Assembly (NCBI GenBank): GCA_002633005.1
Contig: NMRA01000010.1
Location: 2,080,027-2,116,587, forward strand
From: Phoronis australis
Taxonomy: Eukaryota; Animalia; Phoronida
DNA: 36,561 nt
Direction: 5' to 3'
Below, piece after piece: positions 1 to 11,000 of the stretch. Each line of letters starts with the position of its first letter. Position 1 is the first letter of the stretch. Both the position numbers and the translations under genes were made by a program. Below the pieces are notes generated by a model. The model worked only from the letters and a program-made list of their open reading frames with translations, was not told where the DNA came from and made no database searches.

Positions 1-2
1 GT

Positions 3-624
3 GATTCGCCCTGTGCTGTTTTCTCCAGCCCAGAGCCTCTAAGCAGCCCTGCAGCGATATTGAGTAGTGGGAGTGATTACAGGCCCAGTTCGACACCCAG
101 TGAAGAGGACAGTTCGTCGTCCAGTGAACAGATCGGTGAGCCAAACTTTGATAAGTTTATTGTGGACTTGTCTAAAGTGTTGGAGCTATTTAGAAGGTGC
201 CAGGTGTGTGGCGAGGGAGTCACACGACACAATGTAAGCAGTTTGGGTGCTCAGGTCACCATCCAGTGGGAGTGTGTCACGGGACACTCTGGCAAGTGGG
301 ACAGTTGTTCCTCTGTCCGTGGTATGCCGGAGGTCCACTTAACCATGTCCAGTGGTGTGCTCTTCACTGGAAACACGTTTCAGTCGGTGAAGACAATGAT
401 GGACTTTGGAAAAGTCAAGTTTTTTTTCGAAAACAACATTCAACAACATTCAGAATTCCTATTTAATACCAGTTGTCAATGACGCATACATGTCACAACA
501 TCTCGAGTTGGTGGCGGAATTCATGGAGAAGGAGAACTTGTCTGACTCACCAGGGCGGTCCGCCAAGTATACCACATACACTCTAATGGAGGAAGAGACC
601 AAAAAGATAATTGATGTGGAACTC
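3..624 (+). pseudogene. Kolobok-like DDE transposase fragment (frameshifted, truncated)
   Basis: ORFs 60-482 and 406-648 join across a T8 run (420-427): FIVDLSKVLELFRRCQVCG...WECVTGHSGKWDS...VLFTGN...SKTTFNNIQNSYLIPVV...SDSPGRSAKYTTYTLMEEETKKIIDVEL. DSPG(H/R)SAKYxTYTLM is typical of this family, but the preceding GDGR with the first catalytic Asp is missing. Confidence 0.7.
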
Positions 625-894
625 GGAACAGCACAAGCATTCAATTGAGGTAGGCATAACAACGCACACAGTGCATTTGCACCAAGATGTGTCACCACGT
701 CTGTCTTCAGTAGCCGCCTCGTTTCTCTCAACAGCTGCCTGTGCCTGTGTGTACTCTGCCTCGTTGTACTCGGGCTCAAACATGTACCCACCCACTGAAT
801 GTCCGTGAAAAAATTCCTAGTCACCACTGCTGTGAACAAGGTCTCCGTCACTCACACTACTGTCACTGTGATACGGGTCACCGACTCCAGCCAT
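622..894 (-). pseudogene. KolX / P2X7 cytoplasmic-ballast-like Cys-rich protein, N-terminal part only
   Basis: ATG at 894 in aaaATGG context. Frame reads MAGVGDPYHSDSSVSDGDLVHSSGD*EFFHGHSVGGYMFEPEY...WCKCTVCVVMPTSIECLCCSE. YMFEPE and WCxCxxCxxMPTxxECxCCxE match KolX/P2X7 ballast motifs. One stop at 817-819; truncated at ~622. Confidence 0.7.
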
Positions 895-1095
895 TTTCAG
901 CTTACAACACACTAAACAATCCCTAAATCCAACGCAGTTGAGTTCTCTACTAATCTATCTTGCCGCAGAATACTCGCCGATGGAAAGTGGTGGCGACAAT
1001 TGGTGAAAAATAGCACAAAACAAAAGTAGAATAGAACAGATTCGCACAGTAAGCTCAACGCAAAACCAAGTGGCGGGAAGCGCTTGCCTCCTAAA

Positions 1096-1108
1096 ACGTC
1101 ACTTCCGG
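1096..1108. promoter_or_regulatory. ACGTCACTTCCGG (CRE half-site plus ETS core) in the transposon subterminal region upstream of the KolX-like ATG
   Basis: Motif present about 200 bp upstream (minus-strand sense) of the ATG at 894. Function is inferred only. Confidence 0.25.
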
Positions 1109-2224
1109 AAAAGCGGACGAGTAATTAATAAAATTACGAAAAGCTGTAATTAAGTGAAAATATGTCTAGGATAACCAACCAACCTTATTTTAGCTCAAAA
1201 TGACATGGAAAAAGGTTGCCTTCGCCTTTAAAAGTGGCCACTTTCCGACTTTGGGAACTGAACAAAGAACTGGTCGACGAAAAAGTTTGACAACGGTAGT
1301 ATTTGTTCGAGTTTAAGGCATCGACAACATTCTCAGGTGTCCCTCTATTCGCAAAAGGTACTTATAACAACGTGACTTTGATTTTTTAATCAGTGTGAGG
1401 CTTAATTCCCCGAAAAGCTTTCGTCATATGAAGCGCCCATAGGAGCTTCACCGCCTGTAGCTCAACTAGTGAAGGTAGCCACGGTAGAGAATGATTCATG
1501 AATGACGGCCATGTTATTCGTGAAAACGTATTAATACCACGTGAGCGTAAAATTGTTGTTATTTTGTTTGATTGTTTTTGATTTACATTTTGGTCTTTGT
1601 CGTGTCGTACAAATGTGGTTGCCAACTGGACAAATGTTTGCCCATTAGTTGCATTTGAAGTCATCCACGAGAGCATCAAAATTACGATTCCAGGGTCACC
1701 GACTCAGATCTTGAAAAAATTGTATTCACACATCCTGAGGCTTGTTAAATGCTTATTTCAGATTTTTGGATCTAATTTTTGAAGTTAAAATTTTGGCCCA
1801 AAGTATCCCATTTTCGGTTCAATGAAGCTCGGTAAGTAAAGTAGTTTTAAAGGTTTAAAGAACGAGGAAATAATTGTAAAGAAGCAACCTTTATGTAAAC
1901 ATTGAACCTTTCTACATATCGGAAAGCAGTTTGCATTTTCAAAGGGGCTTCGATTAACCTTCACTGAAGCGCCAAAATGCAGTAAATTTTGTCCATTTTT
2001 TGTATTTGATTTTAGCCATTTTTTAGCAGCTCTGGAGGCCAGTTTGCTCGGTGCATCAGTTTGCTGTCTGACTAGCACAATGAAAAAAATGTATTTTAGT
2101 TTGTTCCTAAGCAACAGTCTATAGAAATGATATATTATCGCGGCTTCATTGGTTTGAAAATATAATTTCATGGTGATAAAATCGGTAAACGCCAATTTTT
2201 AATTAATTCGGCTAGTGCTTGCCA

Positions 2225-2248
2225 CCCCCNCCCCCCCCCCCCCCCCCC
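2225..2248. repeat. Poly-C homopolymer (one N)
   Basis: Directly visible run of C. Confidence 0.9.
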
Positions 2249-2988
2249 TTCCCGGTGGCAGTTTCTATCACAAGATTTCTTTGGTGAAATTTCATAAAAT
2301 TTGACCCAAACGTTTCCGCCCAGGAAACGATGGTAATTCGAGTAATTCTAACATGTGCTGCCTCACCAGTGACAGTTTTAGTATTTTGAAGACCGATCAT
2401 AAGTCTAACTTGTACCCCCTTGATGATGTACCTCTTTGCTTTGATAGCATTCTCATAATTGTCATACAAAATTAACATACAACGGTATTTCAATGTTAGT
2501 CTTGCCATTGCTACTGGATGATAATCCCTTAATTGCTTCCACCCTAAATTGATTTTGTCACCTCATGTCAAACTCCCAAAAAGATAAAAATGCCATTGCA
2601 TAAAAAGATTGGTCGCATGGATTTCAGACTTTTATGATAACAAGAAAGTGTGAAGCTTGAAGGATGAAACACTTGAGTACGCTTCACACTTCAAAATAAA
2701 AATGTAGCCCATTCTGTAAGTGAATTAAGATTTTTCATATTTTGTTGTTTTGATACAATTTGAAGTAGAAAGTGAAAAACATTAATCAAAGCACAATCTA
2801 TACATGAAATTTAGTCGTGACATATAATCACACCATGAAGAAAAGTTGATTTTCATATAAAAATTATTTCAAAACAATTCAACAATTTTCAGCACTGTGA
2901 ACCTTTTTTTAGAAAAAAAACACTCGCGGACATTGCCATACTAAACCAGGAATTGATTAGATTAAAACGGTAAAAGACAAAAAGATGT

Positions 2989-3140
2989 GGATTGGGTTGC
3001 ATAAAACTTATCAAATTATCCGCTGGATAAGTTTGATTGTTGCGTGACATCCGGTGCATTGTTCAACAATAACAGCGTGAGGCGTGATAACCCGACGTCA
3101 TTGTTGCTATACGGCGTATAACTCTGATGCAACTGGACCC
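2989..3140. mobile_element. Possible old MITE with degenerate GTTGCAT-type TIRs
   Basis: Left gttgcataaaactta versus reverse complement of right end gggtccagttgcatcagagtta; the match is imperfect. Confidence 0.25.
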
Positions 3141-4289
3141 TGCTGACAACGTCTGAAAAGATGAATAATAAGAAAAACTCGCCCGAGGTCACCAAAATCT
3201 TCTACGCCCGTTTGAGAAACGATTTTTGTGTGGATACTGAATGCTTTTTTACTGTACGTAGAAGGTTAAAACTTGTGCGTTTTTTCATCTTATCAATGAA
3301 ATGTAATCACTATGATATATTTTCCACACTACTATGTCTGAAAAATTGTGCGCGTTTAATCCCTTTGATTATCACACCCAAACACAGCACACAGTACAAG
3401 CATGTTCCTGTGGGATTTCTTCCGTGCACCAAAAATTCCTAGCAACCTTTGGGCACATGAAAATGGCGGCGATCAAAAAAGAGTCGCAGTGTATTCTATA
3501 AGTAAAGCATACAATTGGAGAAAAGAAAGTTCTATGAGTGAACGAAATATTTTATTTTACACTCTATGGGATTGTGACAGTAAAATGGAGATTTCTCTTA
3601 AGATATTGTGAAAATATAGGCAGCAGCGTTTGATAAGAAATCAGTGCGTGAATAGTGCAGGGTTGTTTTGACAAAGAAACTTTCGTGCATCTTATGAAAT
3701 TAGCGTTTATCCCTCGAATCTCGACTTCGCTGCTTACCCGATGCCTGGGTGATCGCTGATAGTAATAATTCAGGATTGAAGTCGTATTAAAGTTTTCATT
3801 GCAATCTTCTGTTTCTTTCCACAATGTCTCTTTCATCAGTGAACCAATTTTATCGTTGTCATCAGCTAAGACCTGTGTTTCTCAAACACATGCTCATATG
3901 TAATGGTTACCCAGAGTTCTTCATGTAATCGTGTTTATGTTGGTTTCTTCGCAGTAGCTATTTTGTCAAATATGCAGTCTATCATTCTGAAAGAAACATG
4001 TTGTTCTGAAATTGACGTGTATTGGTTATCAGTAGACAATTGTCTGGCCTTGTTAGTGCTCCCGCTCCAAGCGTGGATTTGTGGAATTGTGTTTGAAGCT
4101 AGCACAAAAATTACAAGAAGTTGTTCAGACTCAAATTTCCTCNGAAATTAGGGGTCATTGAGTGCGCAAAATTTGGCATTTGGGTTTTTGTTAGGATACC
4201 TACCCATGTACAAAAAATGAAGTTGTTTTAAATTTTGACGTATAGACTGATTTTTGAAAATCTACTGGTTTTTATATGGACTGCCTCTT

Positions 4290-4416
4290 AACTGGTCTGC
4301 TGGATTACCTTTTTGACCAGAGTTCCCCCCGACTCACCACTGTCAACATCCCATCGAAGGAGACGAGAGGTCTCTGAAGATCTAGGAAATCAAAAGTGTA
4401 ATCCAGCAGACCAGTT
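4290..4416. mobile_element. MITE (~127 bp) with 27-bp terminal inverted repeats in TTAA context
   Basis: aactggtctgctggattacctttttga (4290-4316) versus reverse complement of 4390-4416: 25/27 identical. TTAA at 4288-4291 and 4417-4420. Confidence 0.75.
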
Positions 4417-5011
4417 TTAACTGTTATTATCAGTTCAATCTAATACTGAGCTATAGTAGATGTTGGACTTATGTATTTTAATGTAATTTTAAGTTGTATT
4501 ATTTTGTCTTTGGACTTATTTATTTATGTTTTTATATTACCATTTTCATAACCCTTCCCTTCATCTTTGGTGTTAATTAAAAACAACTTTGCCATCCCAA
4601 ATCAATTTTTAAATGTTTGCGTTCCATTCCTTCGTAACAATGTTAGATGGGGTAGGCAGCGTCGCCATTTTAAAGTGAATATTTTTGGTACGAGTAAGTT
4701 TTCGGTCACAGGAATTTTTCCAAAACGAGATCCACTTCAACTATACCACTTTTTTCCAAGTCAACACTGATGTTTATATCTAATGTCCATCTCTTATCGA
4801 ACAAGACCGATTTTGTAAAGGTACGCTGCCTAAATAAAAACTTGTTTTTTGACAGAAAGAACGGTTTACCTCCGTCTTAAGTGTTAAAAGAGATGACAAC
4901 TTGCTAAAAAGATTTTGACTAGGTTTATCAAGAAACCATTTTCTTCGTCAGAACAAGTACATCAAATATTTTTCTTTTCAGTGGCAAGAGAATACTGACG
5001 AAAAGATCAAA

Positions 5012-5045
5012 ATGGCTGCTGAGGGGAAAACCCACACTATGCAGA
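5012..5045 (+). CDS. SACS: Sacsin-like coding exon 1 ([11 protein letters not shown]); exon acceptor at 4981
   Basis: tttttcttttcAG acceptor at 4980-4981, caaaATGG start at 5012, A|GTGAGT donor at 5046. Phase 1 joins the CC of the next exon to give ACC (Thr). The frame is also open back to 4982, so a further upstream coding exon is not excluded. Confidence 0.6.
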
Positions 5046-8000
5046 GTGAGTATACATCATTACATAGTCCTGTTGTGGCTGCTTTCTTGTTTGAACAGTA
5101 TGGCGTTTGATGAAAAATTATCAATCAGCTTTAATTCATCTCAACTGACTGATTTGATCCCTCTCAAAATTGTTTCTCAGAGACAGGATTTCAGCGCTCC
5201 CTAAAAACTGACCGTTTATTATTGCTGGCTTGTCACGGCGTGTCATTTTATGCGTCGACCATGGTCTCCGACGAATTGTCTGCCGTGTCTTTAACAACCC
5301 TGGAATAAGTTGAAATGCATTTTATAGCGATAAATGGTTTAAATACAAAAATTGCTTCATGGACGGAAAGAAGGTTTATTGGCCAGTTGGCCTAAACCAG
5401 CAATTTTGAGTTTCATGATAGAATGGTAGAAGCAGACAACCATGCTAAAAGTACTTATAGTGAACCTCCCTTGAAACTTAGAAGGGTTCCCAAGCTGGAA
5501 AATGCAGCAGTGTCGTCACGGCAACCAGCTATTTTGTCAGTCAAAATCGACAATTTCAGGTTTGCAGGTCAGATTCATGTTAGAACCAGACATCCTTGGC
5601 ATGAGTACTTGGATTGACTCTTTGTTGGGTGTTGCTAAGCTGAATTGGTATTGTTTGCTTTCAAAATAACTTTGCCACCAAAACTTCATTTAGAAGACTT
5701 ACGGTAAATCTCCACTTATTTCGTACAAAAATAAGTGCCAAAATCGTCATTTCACCATTTTCCAAAAGACTGCTTACTTTGTTTTGTGACATACACATAC
5801 TAGTGCAATTCATGCTACCGTTACACTCAAGTTTTCTTGGTCTTTATTTTTATGGAGAAATTTGACAAAATGGAATTTCACTTGTCGGCCATGTTGTGTG
5901 CTAAATAAGGGATGAATTAGCTTATCAATTTCTTGTCGGCTGACTACATAGCTGTTTAAAATGTTGAATGTTTATGGACACTTTTACAACTTTTAGCCAT
6001 CGACATCATACAACCAAGTTTGATAGAACAGATGAGGTCGGTCCTAGATCAGTATCCGGACGATGGCCAAATACTTAAGGTAATGAAACATTCTTCGTTT
6101 TTAACCGGTATTTTTCAAATGAAGGACACTTTCCCTATCTCTACGGCTCTCATCGGTCACTGTCTAATGTTTTGACTAATTTTATGTCTCCTGGAGTAGG
6201 TTTTTGAATTTATATTAATATAAATCCGACTTAAAATTTTGGAAAATCTGACAATTTTACATAGTGGCCGGCCGCCCACAGACGTTGGGTTTTTCACGAG
6301 GCGAAAATTCAGGTCACGAATCTCTACCAAACTACACGTACATGCGGCGCTTAAGCCTGCTGATTTCTTATGACATCGACACGCGACAACCGTTTGTGTA
6401 GGATGAATCGTTAAAACTCTATAAACATCCTAGTTTTTGCATTGCGCTCAATAGGTTCCTAAATATAAAACGCATCTGTATCTTAGTATAGCGGGTAAAT
6501 AGCTAAAATGACGCATGCTCGTGAGTTGATATTGCGGGTTTCTGTGAAATGAAATCTTTCAGTTTATGCTCAGCTTGAAGTCTTATTTCGAATAGTTTCT
6601 GTATGTCATTTTGACAATTCTGTAAATACTCTAATTGAGTCATAATAATCCTATCAAAGTGTACTTTGCAAGGGGACACCGATTAGTGTGTTATTTGAAC
6701 AGATGATAACCCTTAGGTCAGCCTTATGTCTAATATGCATCCGCAACTTGTGACGCCCACTGAACAGGCTTTAATTTTAGTGGCGGCAATAGTCTGACAT
6801 AACGTGCCCGCATTTTGAGAACAAGTTTGATGCCCGTTTTTTAGTGGAGAAAACTCGTTCTCAAAATTCAGGACGTTATATCAGACCATTACCTTTGGTG
6901 GCAATAACTATTGAACTGTGCCCGTCATTTGGAGTTTGGATACATAAACTTCGAAGAAGAATTGAGAAATATTGACAACGAACCGTTTTCTTGTACAGTC
7001 TAATGTTTTATTACGTTATTTGTAGACACTACATTCTGGTTGACATCATGCTTTACGACCAATGTCACTATTTAGTATTATCTCTTTATCTATTTCACCT
7101 CTCTTAGTCAAACGTTCCTCATCCTTCGTCATTTATTTATTATCTAAATTCTCAACCTGTTCTAATTGTTTCATTGTTATATGCATTTAATTATTGTTTT
7201 ACTACTTTATTGCCTTATATTACTGTTTTATATTTTGTTATTGTGTGTCTTCTTGGAAAACAGCGCTGTCACTGAAGAGGCCACCCTCATTTGAAATATT
7301 ACTGTAACAATAAATAAATAAATAGATAGATAAATAAAGTCGAAGAAGTCCTGTTGAATTACCTAAAGTGATGCATCCCACTGTTAAGAACGGCGACGGA
7401 AAAAGAGATTTCATTGTAATAATTCTGTGCATCGGCTGCTATTTTTCAGGAGCTGATTCAGAACGCTGAGAATGCTAAGGCGAAGACCATTAAGTTTCTG
7501 TTTGACAAGTGCAAACTCCCAGCTTTTCCAGAACAAATGGAACATAAGGACTTGGCGCATTTCCAGGTACAGTTTAATGGAAATGGCGAAGGATTGGTAC
7601 GGGCTAATTGTGTAGTCTAGAGACACGTTTACTGAAATGATTAATGTGTAAATGTGCTAAAATAAAATGGATATAAAGACGAACAAAGACGGTAAAAATG
7701 TAAATAAAAATCGAAGACTTAGAGCTTTTCGTTCTTCCTCAGTGGTGTAAGGTAACGTGGCACAAAAGGAAATGCGAAGATGAAAAACAACGAACGCATG
7801 AAGACACGAAAAGTACTTGTGGCATAACAACCCAGCGGGAACGGGGGTTAAGCAAATATAGGCGATGCCATTCTGAAACAAGATGGGGGTAGAAAAGATA
7901 CAGATAACAATTATCACTTAAAACGCATGGCCTATGTTTGTTTTACCCCTGGTTCCAGGTAGGATGTTCGGCCACATATATCTTTCTTTGCGATAACTGT

Positions 8001-11000
8001 TTCAAAATCTGTTATCACCTAAAGCTTCATTCAAACATTTTTCTATATTTCTGGAATATTCTGCGGTCTAACGGCCCCCGAACATTGCCAAACAGAGTAT
8101 CATCTGTTTGCAATTGAGCGATTTGGGAAGCCGGCCGTGACTGCTACTGCCACCTAGCTGAAACGAAAAGCCATCCAGATCATTACAATAATTTTGAAAT
8201 TTTGTACTTTCCTTAAATTATACTCAAATGACCAAGCACTAACTTAGCTTTAGTCCGGTTCTAAAATCATGTACCTCGGAGCAAAACAAGCATTATTCAA
8301 CACTGCTGGGCCAGTGGAAAAACTGTCACTTTCGTTACTGCTAGTAAAACTTTTCGGAACGGCGCCATTTTTCAATAGAATTACGCAGACTCCTGTCATT
8401 AGAAAGCCCTTGGGGATTTTTGGTGGTGTATGATTACACCAGAAGAAAATCAGAAATAATTTTATTCATAAAAAAATTATTATTTTGCTCATCTGACAGC
8501 TCTGTGGTTCATTGTAGCGAAACAGTACAAGAGTGAAAGTGTTACGTTCACAGCAATTAGAATAAAAAACGAACAGAAAGTTAGGAATTTGTCCGCGGAA
8601 TTTATCGCATGGTTTAGAAAGTGGGTAGTTGAAAAGTAGATGTAGGACTAATTTGAGCGAACAAGCCACCAACGTGCGATTTTGCGCCTAGATCCTGCTG
8701 TGAGATGATGACTGCGGATGGTTGCCCGTGGACCGTCTAGTTGGTTATCATTAGTCCGCCTATTTTTGCTTTCATTTTCAGTTAAAATTGTGTGCATCTG
8801 CTTAAGTAAACGATAACCGTAATTCCGTATAAGGCAAATCGAAGATACTGCATGCGTCACAAGGTGACAAAATCACAACAGGGAGGCAGTGAATTGAAGT
8901 TGTTACGTAACTTAATTATCTTAAAGGATTAGGGTGGTTCTGGATATTGAGCTTACCTCTCAGTCATCAGTTAGCAGTATACGGGTTTGACAAATAGAAT
9001 ACGAAGTGACTCGATACGAGGCTTAAAATTTATTGATCAATCACCATTTTAACCAAAGTTGAAACTAAATACATCGACGAAAACTTGCATTTATGAAGGT
9101 TTGTCTATATTCACAGACCTTGATTAGCTCCAACACATATCCAATACTTTGCACTAGGGTCCTGCGTTGTACGCCTTCAACGACGCAACATTTAGCGAAG
9201 ACGATTGGATGGGTATATGCACTATTTATGACAGCTTCAAGAAAGATGATCCTATAAAAGTTGGACGATTTGGCCTAGGCTTCAAATCTGTGTTCCATAT
9301 GACAGGTAAATAGTTATACTATGTTGGCGATGTCTATAAAGAGTTTCACGCTCAGTATGTTGCCCAATGCCGCATTTTGTGAGAAACTTGAACCATAAGG
9401 TGAAGGTGGTTACAATTTGATTCTCACTTAAAATCCGCCATGATTGATGTGCTACTACACCATGACACCCAAACGGATGTTTCCTTCCCTTTTAATTTTC
9501 TGATTAGATAAATGACATAACCAGTAGGGAATTGTTAAGCGTTTAGAGAGCAATACCTAAATAATATCATTACATACACAGCGAAACTTTTTTTTCCTCG
9601 GAAATACTTCAAATTAATCTAATTTCGAGACTTTCCGTGCACTTTCGGGGAATCATTTTTGTTCACCACACGTTATGTTTCTTTGCAGATATGCCGAGCA
9701 TTTTAAGCGGAAACAAAATAAGTTTTCTGGATCCTCATCAAAAGTATTTTCACGACGACGACGGTCGCCCTCTGACGGTAACTTGTCGGAAGCTGTCTGA
9801 AATTTGTGACGACCCCTCCGGTTTCTACAATCCGTTCACCGATTCTAACTTATTGTCCATTTTTAATCACACGAGACTCGAAAACGATTATTACGAGGGC
9901 ACTCTGTTCAGATTTCCTTTGAGAAAACTAGAGAACCTATCAGAGCTCAGTTCTGAGGAATATTCGCCTGGTAAACTAGAACTTTTGTTTGAGCAATTTG
10001 AGCAATACTCGTACATGTGCCTGATGTTCCTCACCTCCCTTGAGTCTATCGAACTGTATGTACGTCAGTCTCGAGAACAACAACCTCACTTGGTTTTCAA
10101 AGTTGCTTTGTCTGAAAACAGTCGAGCAGACGTTGTAGAGAACAGACAGAAATTTCGAGATAACATTAATACTGAAACTTGGATGGAGTCGCCCGTGTGT
10201 ATGACACAGGAAGTATTGATTGACGCTCAAAACACTACTACAACTACATCCCACCATTGGTTGGTCACGAATTTCTTCGCAGGTGGAGACGAATTACCAA
10301 CGTTGAAAGGGATGTTTAACGAGAAATCTTTGTTTTACCCTCCCTGGGTCTCTGTGGCTATGTCAATGAATGGCGATTTCCAACCTGAACAACCAAGAGG
10401 TCATGTTTTCTGTTTCCTACCGTTTCCGGTAGAACAAAAAAGTCAGACAGGTCTCCCGATTCACGTCAACGGTTTCTTCGCCATTGATAAGAGCCGTGAT
10501 CACTTGGAATGGCCAAACACTGAACAGTTAGGAGCTGAATTGTGCGACACCAGTCAAGTAATGTTGGCAGAAGCAGTACCCATGGCTTACAAAGAGCTTG
10601 TTGTGAACGCCATCAAATTCAACGTTTCCCAGAATCTGGTCTACAAAACAATTCCATTTCTTAAAGTTGTAGATGGCAAATGGTTTGAGATGGTTGAAAA
10701 TTTCTTGAAGCACATGTCACACATTCCATTCCTTTACACAGATCAGGGGGGTGGGCGGCATGTGCAGATACATGAAGCATTGTTTAGCTTTTTGACAAAC
10801 GAGCAGCATCCGGAAGTGATTAATGACATACTGGTGAAAGCAGATAGACCCGTTGTTTGCATCCCTGAACACGTCAGATACACGATTGAGACCATTGAAA
10901 ACGTAACGTTGTCTGTTGTAACACCAAGTGACTTACGCGAGTCGGTAAGAAAAATTCAAGACAACACCAGCCCATTCCCCGAGACAAAAACCCACTGCAT

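Larger units (their letters stand above)
1..1227. mobile_element. Kolobok-type DNA transposon, internally deleted; left end lies outside the window
   Basis: Convergent transposase fragment (+) and KolX-like gene (-). The right end reads ...ttcgCCT|TTAA (CCT 1225-1227, TTAA 1228-1231), matching Kolobok RR..YY termini with a TTAA target site. The left TIR is not visible, so the end is not confirmed by pairing. Confidence 0.7.

Noticed and set aside
583-795. Host P2X7 purinoceptor gene
   Set aside because: Only the Cys-rich ballast-like motif is present, with no channel domain, and it lies inside a Kolobok-like element.
3564-4151. Possible minus-strand exon (VLADDNDKIGSLMKETLW...SPRHR|GTAAGC) divergent from the sacsin-like gene
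   Set aside because: No recognisable homology and no compatible neighbouring exon found.
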